A stretch of 60,724 nucleotides of DNA, the filler included, from Ionaspis alba (Eukaryota): NCBI GenBank assembly GCA_964255285.1. It is 6 parts of 6 records of this genome, joined end to end, with 100 filler letters (N's around TTAATTAATTAA, not from the genome) between each part and the next. Parts side by side here need not be neighbours in the genome. Positions count along the whole stretch, not along the records: positions 1 to 10,071 come from CAXUUL010000629.1; positions 10,172 to 20,237 come from CAXUUL010000630.1; 4 more parts are not named here. One strand, given 5' to 3'. The stretch's first letter is position 1. Each line of letters starts with the position of its first letter. Both the position numbers and the translations under genes were made by a program. This document shows positions 1 through 14,700 of this stretch, piece by piece. The notes below the pieces were generated by a model that saw only the letters and a list, made by a program, of their open reading frames with translations, was not told the DNA's origin and searched no databases.

Positions 1-10
1 TTTTGCAATC

Positions 11-836
11 ATGTCTAGTTCAAAATCCAAGACATTCGATCCTATCCAACGAGGAGTCTATAGATCTTCACCAATCGGCAGAGCTCTCTTCTGTTTCGTT
101 CGAGCTACTGATATACTCCTTCAACATCGTCTTCTCACTTCGAACCTTGCGCTTCCCCTCTTGCGCGTACTAGGTCAGGATGCCGTCACACCGGGTCCTC
201 CAGTGCTATTCTCGCTCTCATTGTATCGCCTTGTTCTACTCGCAATGTCGGCAGGAAGCGCTATGAAACAAGCCTATTGGGCACTCTTCCTCGGACGAGA
301 AGCAATAGGCCCATCTTCCGCTGTGTTGATCAGTTGTGCAAATTATGTATTCAACTCTCTGAATACACTCTTCTTCCTCGCGACCTTTACCTCCGCGGCA
401 GGACCTAGAGATGCATTGTCAATCCCTCTTATAGTGGGCTCGATACTCTATGTCATCGGAATCACGCTTGAGACCGCGGCAGAAATTCAGCGGAAGCGTT
501 TCAAGGATGACCCGCGCAACAAGGGAAAGCTCTTCACTGGAGGTCTCTTCGGATACGCGAGACATATAAATTATGGAAGCTATGCCCTTGGGAGAGGAGG
601 GTACGCACTGGCTTCGGGTGGATGGATCTACGGAGCCGCAATTGTATTGTGGTTCGCACGAGACTTTGCAACAAGAGGCATCCCGATACTAGACACATAC
701 TGTTCTGATCGGGTAGGTGTAGTTTCTCCACTCTACCAGATCGAGGGATCTTATGCTAACACAAAGCCAGTACGGAGCCGCATGGAAGGAGTTCAAAGTC
801 AAGGTCCCCTATAAACTTTTCCCTGGAGTGTATTGA
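11..836 (+). CDS. DUF1295 / steroid 5-alpha-reductase-like membrane protein
   Basis: Hydrophobic ORF with the family motif ETAAEIQRKRFK..NKGKLFTGGLFGYARHINY. Intron 713-770 (GTAGGT..GCTAAC..CAG); exon 2 reads YGAAWKEFKVKVPYKLFPGVY*. Confidence 0.8.
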
Positions 837-1141
837 GGCATTCTCAAGGCTCGGAGTATGGTTGGGCGCGAAATCCTAACATAACTGGAAACGAGAAAAG
901 ATTTGGGGTTGAGGCTGTGTCCCAAGCGTTGGTATGGAATCGTGGTTATGGCACGCATCGATGATATTATGGTTCAGCTTGCTGAGATTATATCTGCTTC
1001 ATCGTATGTCAACTTGAACCAACCGAAATGGCGGTTGAAAGGAAAAACAAGCATTGCTTAGATTGAGGAGTTGCCTAGCTACTAAAGCAAATTCGAAGAA
1101 GCAGAAGCTCGTATAAGACTGTGTCGTGCCCCGAAACCGTT

Positions 1142-3223
1142 TTATCTGACGATGTCGTGGTCCACAAGATGCATAGCAACCTCGTGTCTAGCTGTTTGTC
1201 CACGGTAGTGTTTCTTGCCACGAACGAACCAATCGACTACGATAATAACAACAACGACGGCATAGACGGCAGAAACATAATTCATATCTGTTCTAGTGAG
1301 TATCAGGACAATGGCGAAAGGAAGGACAACTTACTGCCGGCTGCGACAGGGAACACTGGTGGGAAGCTGTACATGATGAGGGTGAAGACTGTCCAGATGA
1401 GTAGGACAATGTTGGCGAACAGTCCGAGAGACCCCATCCAGAACGGGCCATGCTGGATATTGTTGCGACCTTTGATCAGAAGGCATACGACCGGAATGGC
1501 ATACGAAATGTACAGGAGTACAATACAGGCAGTCACCATACTGGAGAAAAATAGAGGTCAGCATGTACAACTAGTTTTGAACGTCTGACCAATTAAATCC
1601 TTGAACAACGGCTGCAAAGCATGAGATAGGAGCATAAGGATATATGAGAAGTGAGCTTCAAGTCGCACGATACAGATGATTATAGTTCAAATCATCTGCC
1701 AATCATAGAGCTCGATGGCTCTTGGCAACTCGAGAAAGGGCAGACTAGGATTTTCAGGGCTGGAGAGTTAGGTTTGAAGAGACCCCCAAAGTCGACAGCT
1801 AGTTGACTAGGATATTCGCATGGTGCTCTGCGTCCATGGATGTACACAAGAGATTTTGTTCATGCCAGAATCTGAAGGGAAAGAGTACACGAAAAGACCA
1901 GAGAAAGATCAGAGATAGGGATGAGAAGGTCAAGCTCACCTATTGAAAGCAGTGTATGACCCCAGGTACAGGCAGCCTAGGATAGCCACGATGACGCAAC
2001 TAACGAAATGAGCCTGCAGAGGAACGTCCAACTTAGGATGTACATGGCTGAGGAATTTGGCAGCTGGTAGACCATTGTCTCGTGCAAAGCTCCAGCACAA
2101 CCTTGATTGCCAAGTATGACTCGCAATCTGACAGCCAATGCCCGTAGCGATGATCAAACTTTCGAGAACGATTGCTCCAGCCTTGTTGGAGAGGGCCTGG
2201 TAGAAGAGTTCCAGGATCGGAACGAAGGTCAAGGTGCCAAACAACCCGTCGAGGTCTTGCATACTGAAGAACATAGAAACCGAATAGAACCAAGCAGTAA
2301 CGAAGCCAATGGCCACAGTGCCCATGATGGCGATTGGAATCATCTTCTCGGGTCTGGCGACCTCCTCTGCCATGTGTGTAGCACAATCCAAGCACGCGAA
2401 CGCCCAATTGGTGTTGATTAGACCAACGATGAAGGCAATGCCATTGGATTCCCAGCCAGTATTATTGACGAAGTTGGCAAAGACGAACTTGGCCTCTTGA
2501 TGCGTAGGAGCCCGGGCTGGGACCACAACCAAAATGACGAAGAAGGAGACGAGCGAGGTGTACAGGGTGGCGGTGGAAATGTTCGGTAGTATTTTGCCGT
2601 AGCAGTTGAAGAAGAAGGCAAAGGTATTAATGACTTGATAACCGACGAAAACGTGCCAAGGTAGAATTTCACTAGTTACTGTTAGTACGTCGTTGAACAG
2701 GACATGTTATGGAAAGAGGAGCAGCCTACAAATCGGGGTGAGCAAGCTGCCAACAGCCTACGACAGCGCTTCCCACAGCCAGTGCAACACTAGCTGACGT
2801 GAAGATGCTTCCTGCCCAAGCGAACCAGCCAGTCAAGTATGAAGCGAAATTGGCATATCGTTTGGGTGCCAACTCGTTGGCCCAAAAGTATTGTCCACCG
2901 GCATTGGGCAAAGCACTCGCCAGTTCGGATAAGGAAATGCCCACACAAGTCGAGATCAGAGCGATGAGGATGATGCCGTAGATGATCAGGACAGGACCAC
3001 CCGAGTTGATGCCGGTGACGAGGGCAGCAGAAATTCCAAACCACGAGTTGGTTAGTGAAAAGCCGACTCCCAGGACGGACCAAACGGAGAAGTTGCGCTT
3101 CATGTCTTGGGTGTAACCCATTTCGGCCAATTTGAGGGCATCGGCGTCAAGAGATTTGAGGTTGTCCATGTTGTCCTCCGATGGCGCACGGCCAATATCG
3201 AGGTCATTCTTCTCTTGATTCAT
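1142..3223 (-). CDS. HNM1: Choline / amino-acid permease (APC family, HNM1-like)
   Basis: Motifs LAEMGYTQDMKRNFSVWS, ELASALPNAGGQYFW, DCATHMAEEV and QSRLCWSFARDNGLP. Exons 3223-2730, 2671-1940, 1540-1335 and 1287-1142 join in frame through GT-AG introns. Confidence 0.85.
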
Positions 3224-4535
3224 CGTGACGTCGCACCAGCTGTGGGTAGACCTCGTCGAAGTTGGAACAGCGCGCGTTGGGTGGGTTAACCCAAGTCTGA
3301 GATGAGGGTTGCTCTTTGCGCGGGTGCGATGATGCGTCTGGCGCTTGTGGAATCGGAGGTGGAAGACAGGCCAGGCGGGGGATATGTATCTCAGTAGTCA
3401 CACGGCACGAAGGATGCAGTCAGGCCTTATCAATTAGGGCTTCGGTAGGCAGATATGGGGGGGGGTAACACGTTCCTTCGGGGATTTGTCAATATCGAAT
3501 GTCGTTATGGATGGAAGGAAAATCACGAGCGTCGTCAACCACTGAACTGACCACACGAGGAAAGAATGGTAAGTTGGTCTATGCGACAACCGTCTCCAAG
3601 TGATCTCTGTGTCAACTATCATACAATGCGGAGACTCAGCTCCCAAGGGCGTGATGGAGAGAAAAGTCCACTGGAGCTTGGTCGAAAGGAGGAAGGAGAT
3701 CCCAAGCAACGCCGAGGATCGCGGAAGGCTGGCTGGCACGTTCGTTGTGTTTTCTGCCGCTAGGAGATAACGACACCATTCATCCACCATCAACCAGACC
3801 CCCGGGGGAGAGGAAAACATGGCAACGGCATGGAAAGCGGGTTCCCAATGGTTTCCATGACGCCGGCACGGCATGTGGTTGCAAGCATGGACATGAGAGG
3901 AAAAGGATCAATTGGTTTCGTTTATCCACCAAGAGATGCTTGATTGCAAGCGTGTCACTAGTGGGAGGCCAGGAGGGGAGCATCGTGCTGTGATTCGTCC
4001 ACACCCACCCATCCAGAACGTCTAGGCCACCACCACCACCACACTGAAATTTGATTTGAAAGTCGAGCGACGACCAGTGCGGCAAGTACCAGATGGAGAC
4101 TTCCCTCCGTTAGAAACGGGTCATTCACCGTCATTGTCGTACCAGCGTCCAAACAAAACTCAACAAATTGATATACAGCTTATTGTCTATGTTTCCATGC
4201 TTGTCATCAAGCTCCGTGTAGCGTGTCTCGAGAGGCAGGAAGTCTTTGACTATTTCCACCGGTTTGACACTTTACATATTTGCTGAACTTTCCTGCACGT
4301 CGCTCTATCTCTCGTTCTCGATCTATGAATTCGACGATTCTAACCTCATCCACGCCCTCGAATGTTGTTCTGTAGTCAAGGGTTTGGGAGTGCGAAACAT
4401 GCTCATTCATAAAACACGCCTTGTTCGCTTCTTTCCAGGTCTTCGTACGGGGTATTTCCACAAGATCATACCTGCCAGACCAAAGAGCACAGCCCATATT
4501 ACCACCTTGGAGGTCCATATGACTCCAGAGCTGAG

Positions 4536-5525
<990 letters not shown>

Positions 5526-5751
5526 TCAATATTTTATAGATCGATCTGCGAAGAAGTCGAAAAGAGGATACATAGAAGCCTCAGTTAGAATGTTGAATAT
5601 GGGCGACGTTTAGATCCGAAGTATAACCGAATCACTGTTTGACTTCGGCCCTTGCTGCGATTGGGTAATAGGGTAAACAACAGCCTTCGACAGGGATCAA
5701 TTTCAACGCTCAGTCTCAATCCTATTGCTAGCCGTGAAAGCTCTCCCAAGC

Positions 5752-8453
5752 ATGACCACCACAATTCGACCAACCTCGAAGCGCAAACACCCTGATGGAC
5801 AAGCTTCAGCTTCAAACCTATCCCTTCACAACACGAAACGCGTCAAGGTCTTTTCAGCACGTTCCATCCTCTCGCAGACCTCGGACAAGGCACTCAATCA
5901 GAATGGCGAGCTCGATGTCTCTGCCTTTGTCAAGGCTCGTGAATACGAGATCAAGTCGCTGGAAGCAGGGATTGGTGCCTCCGAGAAAGCCTTGAGCACA
6001 AGGGCATTTCAACAAGTGCCCAGGGAGCTACGAAGAAGAACCGCCAGTCACAATGTGAAGAAGGTACCGAAGAGGTTGAGGGCTAGAGCCGCTAAGGAGG
6101 TCAGATACGCATTTTCTCCTCGTCTAGGAGGCTTTTGAGCTCGAGAGACTGACTCGATCTGGGAAGGGAATAGATGAAGGATGACAATACAGCCACAGTC
6201 ACGCCTCGAAGCCGCAATCTCAGCGCTACCCAGCATTTAAGAGCCAACAAAGTCAAGAGACTTCAGGGGATTGGGGCTCGGGCAAAGGCGACGAAAGAAG
6301 CCAAAAGGAATCCTCATAATGACAAAGATTCCTCGAAAGTCGACATCCTTGCTTCAAGTGCTCCGAAATTCAAGGCCAATACACTTGCAGTTCCTGTCGT
6401 GACATCCTCCAAATTCCGGAAGCGCCAGAAGCACAAATCGTGGTTACCCACCCACCTATACCACGCAAGGAGAGCACACATGACCTTACCAGAGAAACCA
6501 TTGTGGAGGTTCGCGATACCCATGACACCTACCGAGAAGAGCTACAGGGCTACTCACCGAGCGAGCTCACTGCGTGGATGCATTTCTTGGGATATGAGCT
6601 ACATAAGCACAATCGGCATCGAAGGCGTGGAAGGGAGTCTGGTTGGGCTGCTACGATGCCTAGGTGTACCGGAAGACCAATTGAGCTCAAAGAAGGGAAT
6701 TAGGTGGAGGAACGGAACTCGGTCATGGAGTGGTTGGGTTAGAGAACGGGATAATGCACAGACTTGGATCGCAGAGATCATGGTGCTGTGGTGCGCTCTG
6801 GAGGCTTCCCAAACAGTTGCTGGAGAGACAGCTATGGATATTGCGCCGTTCATGAAAAGCAAAACAAAAAGGGGAATGTTGATCAGGGTACATCCCTCAG
6901 CCTTCCTGCAAGTCTGGACGGAAATACTCAAAGTCGCCAAAATGCAACGTCCGTCCCCTTCCGTAGAGGATTTGAGGTTCGAAATCGGAAGCATCGATAT
7001 CGTGGGCCCAGGGGCGACTGCGGCTCTTGTGGGAGCATTACATCCCCTTAGCGCTGATGACTCCGATAGCCCTAACGTGCACGCAAGGTCCGCTTGGGGT
7101 GCGATCTGGAAGCAGCTGTCAAACATCAGTAATCCAGCTTGCCTACCTCCAAATGTGATTCTTGGGTTCGAGGTGTCCGACCCCCGCCTTTATTACCCAC
7201 CCCGAAAAGTCGAGGCGTCCGCTCCATCGCCGTCGGAGGACGATCTTCTTTACATTCTTTCATCCTGGCCACCTGATGAACAACCGTGTCCCTTATCCTT
7301 CTTTGACCGCAAGGCACGGTTAGAAGCATCACGAGCTCTTCCGAGTCAAAAGTCAATCAACCGACGGAAAGGAGATGCACTGGCTGGATCTTATCCAAGT
7401 CCTCTCTCATCTGACCCACGCATTCCCGTTGTTCTTTTAGCCTCCCGTCATGGTGACGGGGTAGGGAGTCAAGGTTCATGGACAGTACTTCTTCCATGGA
7501 AGTGTATAAAGCCGGTCTGGTATTCTCTGCTTCACTATCCTCTCAGTTCTGGCGGCAATCCTCGGTTCGGAGGGTTACAGGAGATCAGGCAGATTTCGTT
7601 TGAGAACCATGTTCCATGGTTTCCGGCAGACTTTCCAGGAACCAAGGCGGGCTGGGAATGGGAGATGAACGAGCGGAAAAGGCGTAAATTGGAATGGGGA
7701 AAGCATCCAAAGGGTCGCAGGATTGAGTGGGAGAGCGTGGATCTTGGCCAAGGTCGAAGAGGTGAGATTGGAAAGGGTTGGGCCTGTGATTGGGAACGTC
7801 TTCTTGATGTTTCTCCAGAGTCGGGGCCTACCTCAGAGTCGGACCAAATAGACAATGTCGTCCAACCAAACTCCGGGGCACAATCGGTTACGTCTGCTCA
7901 CATCAATCTCGATCATCTGCCGCCGGGGAGTCCTAAGCCCGTGCTTGCTTTGTCGTTCTCTAGAACACTAGCCACAGTCAGGCTTTCTTTTCTGTTCCGT
8001 GGAGCACCAACAACCTGCGCTCGGATCTATCGCTTCCCCACTACCGATTCAGTATTACGGGAGAAGTGGATTGCACTCTCCGAGTCTCAGTCCAGGATCG
8101 CTACCAAGCTCTCAGTCAACTCGAAAAATAGACTGCTGTCATCGGATGCGCCGTCCCATGAGAGGCGTACAGCTTTGGCAGCGTCGATTCTTGCGAACCC
8201 AACAGCCAATTTCGAAAATCAACCAGACGCCTTGGATGATGTCACGTGCCCCGCGGTACCTGCTGAGGAGGATTTGATAGGCTTTGTGACCACTGGGAAC
8301 TTCAACTTGGGAGAAGGGAGGGGCACGGGCATTGGAGCCGTTGCTCTTTCAAAATTGGGCACAGATTTTGGAAACGGAAAGCAGGGTGGACTGTGCATCG
8401 TGCGGGATGCAGGGAACAGGGTTGGAAGGATTGCTAGATGGAACATGGCGTAA
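5752..8453 (+). CDS. POP1: RNase P/MRP protein subunit POP1
   Basis: RAFQQVPRELRRRTASHN, WLPTHLYHARRAHM, POPLD region (WTVLLPW..PWFPADFPGT) and C-terminal LIGFVTTGNFNLGEGRG. Intron 6100-6173. Confidence 0.93.
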
Positions 8454-10071
8454 AGAGAGTCCGGCGAATATGGGCCTTGGTGGATACAATTCATACAAAC
8501 GGTCTTTCTGAAGCAGCTGTTTTCAGTTACTCACTTCGGTGTTCAGTTTCGCTACAGGTCTTGGGAGAGCTAGATATACGAAAGAATGAGAATTCTTTGA
8601 CTTGAGTAATCCATAGCTTATGAAGATTCACCGACTCTCGTGCTGAGAGCAAAGGAAGTCTTTGGGGACCGCCCAGTCATCGAGACCTTGGGAGGCGGGT
8701 GTGCAACATCCATAGCCATGCGGCACATACGGTTACTACTCCATGGCAGGAAAGCCTTTTCATGGCAGTGTGAGAGGTTTATAGCCATGCTTGATGGGGA
8801 GGTATAATCTCTCATCTTGAAAATCCCTGTCTACTCAACGGGCTCGCAGTTGATGTGCACACCTTGGCATTACAGGAAGAAAACCGGCCCCTGTCTAATA
8901 TACTACCCAGGTAGTACAACTCGACCACCCCAAAATCTCGATGTATGTCGACGTAAGCGAGCACCCCGTAACTCAGGGCATCCACCCACATTTCACCGGA
9001 GTATTCATGCCTCAGCTCTCGGACGTGCCAAGCTAGCTGGGTTCCCTTCGGCTGACTCTTTTGGTTTATCACAGAATCCCGGGTCGACAAGGGGCTTGGC
9101 AGCTCCAGCTAAGGTACTCGGCTGCCTTTTATCGTGGCACATCTGAGAACTGCAAATCACCGATCACCAATCAATAGCTGTAGCTCGCGATCGAGCCTGG
9201 AGGAGGCCAGACTTTTGGCTGATTCCAAGACTGATAGCCAGGATCTGTGTCCCTGCGGGATTCTTCCTTGATTTCATCACACATATCTGGCGTCCAAATT
9301 CAGCCCTTTTGTGCCCTGCCTTGCTCCTAAAACCGTTGTACTGCCCTGATTCAAGGTGTAACAATGTGATTCTACGCACATGACACATGTACACAATCAT
9401 ACATATGTCAACATTTGCATCAACATGGACATCTCTTCGAAATAGACCAGTCTGGTCCACGAGATTGGCTTATCGTCGCTGGTATAGCTTGGTGCATGGT
9501 TAGACGAGCACTGAAGCAGAGAAAGAACAGTTCATGTACGACGCAATGCTTGATGCCACTGGTGGTTAGCATTCGCCATCGACGCCAAAAAGGAACTTCC
9601 CAATCTCGCGCCAGCACTGTCTGGTAAAAGTACTCTTGATAGGTCGCTGAATGACGGCCAAAGCGTTTTGTTCACTCGATTCTCCAGAAGAATCCAAGTA
9701 TCGAAGTCGCAAAGGCTCGATGCCAATGAAAATGGAGGCTTCAGACGAAGTAAGGCGATAACGCCTCAAATTCCTTCTCCACACGGACATCGTTTCTTCC
9801 CTCTGGAAAACAAACGGCTGGGAAATGGCAATTTCTTAAGGTATATCGACGGCGCTGCACTAACGTCTCGCCGGACTGACGTTTTGACCTTCAAGCCACA
9901 ACCTAGATGTGACTTATAGCGTTCCTGCCTGCCGTAACAGAGCATGGCATGATGAAAAAAAACTATTTAGGCGCGCCAATCACGTATGGATATCTTTTGG
10001 GGCAATATTCTGGGGTTGGGAGCCAAGGTACGGCACGGCTCGATCCCGCTGTCTCCTGTGGTTACATTGCG

Positions 10072-10171
10072 NNNNNNNNNNNNNNNNNNNNNNNNNNNNN
10101 NNNNNNNNNNNNNNNTTAATTAATTAANNNNNNNNNNNNNNNNNNNNNNNNNNNNNNNNNNNNNNNNNNNN
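10072..10171. other. Artificial scaffold linker N44-TTAATTAATTAA-N44
   Basis: Six-frame stop spacer at 10116-10127, identical to four other linkers in the window. Confidence 0.97.
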
Positions 10172-10392
10172 GCAGAAGTTGATTCTACTTTGTATATAGA
10201 GTAACAGCGACTGTCCGCGCTGATCATAATCTTGTTGCCTCGACCGGAAAGAGCGTCGCATTGAGGAATCGACAACGCCCGGAATGCATCATGGATATCT
10301 CGTTCTAGAACAGACAGTAGAGTTCCCAAATTACGCCTCGTCACCTTGTATAGTCCGTATAGTCATCTCTCTTCGCCATCAGAAACACACCA

Positions 10393-10875
10393 TCAATTCT
10401 CACTATCCACTTCATTCTCGACCTTGTCCCACTCGCTATCTGTGCTCATCTCTCCAGAGCTCGACACGTCGCCCAAACTCCGTCGCTTCCGCAGGGCATC
10501 CTCGGCGACAGGAGGCCGCAAGCCGGATTCCGAAGTACCCGCTCTCTCTGTGCTCCGGCCCATCGCGTCTTCAGTCTCTGTCCCGCTATCATCCGAATGT
10601 CTTGCATCTCGTTCCTTCTTCAAATCCTTCAACTTCTTTGCTTTTTCTTCCTTCTCTTTCGCAGCCTGTAACTCGGCCGCAAACCAGTTGATGGCCCACC
10701 ATAGACCGCCGCAGAGAAATGATAAGATGATGAAGTGGATGCTGTAGGTTGCGATCAAAAGTGCAAGCAACAATACCTGTAGAGCGGCAAAGGCGGCATT
10801 CGTGGCGACGAGGAGAGTGGGAGTAGGACCGGGTGTAAAGATCGACTGGAAAAGGTCGGTGAGGAAAGTAGCCAT
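10393..10875 (-). CDS. PKR1: V-ATPase assembly factor PKR1 (ER membrane)
   Basis: MATFLTDLFQSIFTPGPTPTLLVATNAAF..TYSIHFIILSFLCGGLWWAINWFAAEL: two transmembrane segments followed by a charged tail. Confidence 0.9.
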   Translation of the reverse strand: MATFLTDLFQSIFTPGPTPTLLVATNAAFAALQVLLLALLIATYSIHFIILSFLCGGLWWAINWFAAELQAAKEKEEKAKKLKDLKKERDARHSDDSGTETEDAMGRSTERAGTSESGLRPPVAEDALRKRRSLGDVSSSGEMSTDSEWDKVENEVDSEN

Positions 10876-11645
10876 CGCAAATGGGCTTGCACAAGCTCTA
10901 ACCAGCTATCGCTGGTCGGTGCAGGATAGAAGAAAGTCGTAGCGCGATATCCAACTGAGAGGCAAGAGTTGCTTGAGCAGCTTCGGAGTTCCCGAAGTGG
11001 GCGGTGGCTTCGAGCAAGGTGAATCCTGAATTACCACTAGAGGCGACAGGAGGATTGGTGTTCTGCAATACGTTCGCGATGCAGTCTGGAACTGTAGCCT
11101 ACAGCTCTGGACTCGGAGATAACGTTGGATCCGAAGGGTCTGGTGGCGCAGAAGATCTCTGGGATGACTGCAGCTCAAGGCTTTGACCTCGGCGCTCGAT
11201 TTATCAGTAATCGAGACCTTGTCGATCGATATGACGAGAATAGAATGAAGAGGGGAGAATGTCGAAGCTAAAGGTTTACCATGCGTGTGAGGATTGACAT
11301 CAACTTGCATATCACAGGGGTTGCTCAGCCCTACGCTACATCAGCCTCGTCCTTCAGCCTTCTGCCACGGTCCATCATGTAGGAGTGGCTGCGGTACCTG
11401 ACAGGATCGGATGACCCACCCGTGGCTACCAACCCCATGTGTGAAATATTTTGCACACTTCTCGTTCTGGAGTGGCTATTCCGAAGGGTGCTTGGGGCTG
11501 TCTCAGCCCAGGAAGGAGGACATTTGCACCACTTACTTTTACTACATAGGAAACACTGGACGAGTTCTGAATTCATTCTCCAATAATGCGGGATCTGTTC
11601 ATCACGCTACGTCCTGTAACATGGCCATAGTTAGAGTTGTGTTGA

Positions 11646-11745
11646 NNNNNNNNNNNNNNNNNNNNNNNNNNNNNNNNNNNNNNNNNNNNNNNNNNNNNNN
11701 NNNNNNNNNNNNNNNNNNNNNNNNNNNNNNNNNNNNNNNNNNNNN
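11646..11745. other. Internal scaffold gap (N100)
   Basis: Run of 100 N with no duplication visible in the flanks. Confidence 0.95.
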
Positions 11746-14700
11746 CAGCATGATTCTTGCGCAAGCATTTCCTGATATGGTGGCCTTGTATAACCTTGTA
11801 AGGACTCTCACCTTTACGATCCACGAAATAGCTTGTTTTACGCTGGGAAGCGCTGCGATTCATCTCCCACCCTCAGAGGGTTGGATGAGTAGATCGATTT
11901 CCCTGGATCCCAAGTTCCTTCACCACCATTCCCGATTTGAGCATCAATGAGCTTAACTCTCTTGACCATTTTGAAAGTCAATTCAATGTGGCTTGCCGGT
12001 ATAGTATGCCTTAGTCTGAGCTGAAGCTCGTCTCTGGTCGTGGATTTGCCGAAAGCGCTCCTTTGAGTTCATACGAGACATTGCAATGGTCTCTCGGGGA
12101 TCGCCGAGAAATTGCGGTAGGGCTAATGAGATCGATAGGAATGAGATGACGGTAGGAGCTGATCATCTTGAGCACACAATTTCTGGCGAAGGAGATTGCT
12201 TCTTACTAGCTGCGTGACAGTTAATATTGAAATGGCATGGACCTGTCGAATACATCGCTCTGACCGCCAAACACATCTAATAGTGTCTTACATACATTAT
12301 CTTGACGCAGATATGTCAGCAGGAGGCCTGATTACCGACGATATGACTGATGGTAGTGGTTGAAACTCATAAAGCACCAAACACCTCGAATGCCAGGATT
12401 AGATTCCTTTGGTGTCTGGAGCGTGGTTCAATTAGACGTGCCGCAAGGCTGCATATGCCACTTTCGGAGGATGATGGTATTGGCCGACTCATGCTGTTCT
12501 TTTCACGTGGACTCTATGGTGTGCCTCGATCCTACAGCCCTCGAGAATAGGGCTAGACATTAGACTCCGCGCCAGAGGACTCCTCAGTGGAGGTTCGACA
12601 GGAGCTCCACCCCCACGGCAATCGCGGATCCATGGTAGAGACGACCACGTGTGCTGCATTATACATGGAAGACAAAAAAGACCCAAGCGCCTACCCTTTG
12701 CCGCCCTTGACCGCAAATCCTTCGAAGGAATAGACGGGACAAAAGCATACTTTGCTGGTAACACAATGAATGGGATATTCCGCGGGGGCTCTGGTACGGT
12801 ATGGGAAATGACAAGGTTGCACATTGTTTTGGCTCGACAGCGAGTCAAGACAAGATAAAAAGACGTGTGATCAGACCCCCTGGAAACGGCGGCAACGACA
12901 ATTCAATATCGTGGAGTAGCGGCCTCACAAAGGCCGACGATCAAGCCAGACGAATCCCGAAGGCCGAAGGATCAACAGGCGTATGGTAAGCAGTAGCAGA
13001 GCACGGAATCCTTGCGCGCCAACTGGTGGTGTGCCCGAAGGGTTGCTTGCGTCGAAGGAGACACAAATGTCGACAAGGAGCACCAGAGCGATTCGTAAAC
13101 CACAGCTTGGAGGCAACTCAAGCAGCAGGTATGGACCTGTGGAAATGCTCCGGAGGTCATCGTTACAGCGCAGGGCCTATGTGAGAAAATGGACGGAAGC
13201 GAGATCATTCCGTGCCCCGTTTGCGGTTTAATTTGCTGCTCGGCCCCGAGGACGGCCCCAAGCCGATTAGGGGGCGGCGTGTGGCTAGAACTCAAGGGGC
13301 CCCCCCGGGAATTGCCCGCTGTATCTCGCTGTCCCTCCCTTCCAACACCCCAAGACTGGCTGCGCCTCTCCCCTCATCTCACTCTCTCGCAGATGCCTAG
13401 AAGTTATATATAATGATTGTTGACGGGGATAACGATAGCTCCTAGCGATCAAGGCCTCAAAAATCTTTACTGTAGAAACGCTGTTGAGCTGGTGGTCCCA
13501 TAGGGTGTCATTTCCACGCACCGTCTGCCTTACGCACGCGCAGAGATTAGAATAGTCATCATCCATATGACAACCACATGTCAGGCCCTTCTTCAGAATC
13601 CAGTGAACTGCTCACTATATTACTACATGCCTCCTCTTGGAAATGACGTTTGGCTTGTCAGCTTCCAGATTGCATCGATACTGGTTGGTAGGGGTTAATT
13701 CATGGATAAAATGCTTTTCATCCGATCTCAGATATCCAGAGAATCTTTCATCCTATCACAACCGAGTGAGCCAGTGATAGACACTCTGAAAGAGCTCGGC
13801 ACCGGCCTTGATACAGTATAGCGGACTCTGCGACCGGGCTGCTTCATGGATGACTGTGCGGTTGCCATACATGATGACAATGACATATAGAAGGGCGGGC
13901 CATGGTTTACCGACCACTTTCCACGCGTCCCACACTGACAGGGTCAGAGTACATGCACCGACGATCACGCCCACCTCCATCTCTCAGCCGCACGTTGACC
14001 CCTCGTCCAACTACGTACGCAGTTGTGTGGATTGGTAATGTTGCTCACCGGAGAGTCTGTAGTGCCATTCGCTGTCATTATGGTATTGCGTTGTGGCCTG
14101 AACGTCCTGTGCCGCATCCGCAAAAAAAGGGCTATTTGGGGCTTGCAAGAAGCGGTATGCAAAGGAGAGTTCGCCGAATAACCCTCTGCCTCTGCCTCTC
14201 CCGTTTCCACCCTCGAGAGCTATTTCCGGCCAGTTGGAGTCGGCTCAATGTAGCCGATTCCGAGAGGGGCAGAATCGAGACTGGCTCACTGTAACAGTAG
14301 AGCAGTTCGACGACACCAAAGTGGGATGTGCTTCGCTCAACCAGGCCAGGCTGTGGGATCTACCACGCATAAGGCGTCAGGAAGATGATGCACCAAGACT
14401 CGAGCATTGACTATTCTGCTTGGGGGAACCTTTGCTGTTATCAAGTCCACCTACTTTCTCACCGTTTGGTTTCATCTCGTTGGACGGATCCTCCTGGCTC
14501 AGCCTTGGCCGGCTGTCCTCCCACCATCTCTTACCCAGACGGCATCTGCGAAAAGAGCAAGGTCGTGCCGATGTAAGGCTCACATGGCTCTGGATTGTGA
14601 TCCTTCCCCGTCCACACTATGTTGGTGGGAACCGCTCGCATTGGTAGCCATCCCAGGTAACGGCACTGACAGGGTTTCGATCCTTCGTGCCATGGCCCAG

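Noticed and set aside
3370..3395. CTGAGATACATATCCC upstream of the permease as a TPP riboswitch
   Set aside because: The downstream P4/P5 half of the aptamer is absent.
8618..10071. Short ORFs downstream of POP1
   Set aside because: No consistent exon chain or recognisable motif; a decayed gene cannot be excluded.
10116..10127. TTAATTAATTAA as a piggyBac TTAA site or regularly spaced repeat array
   Set aside because: It is always centred in N44 flanks and has stops in all six frames, so it is a synthetic spacer.
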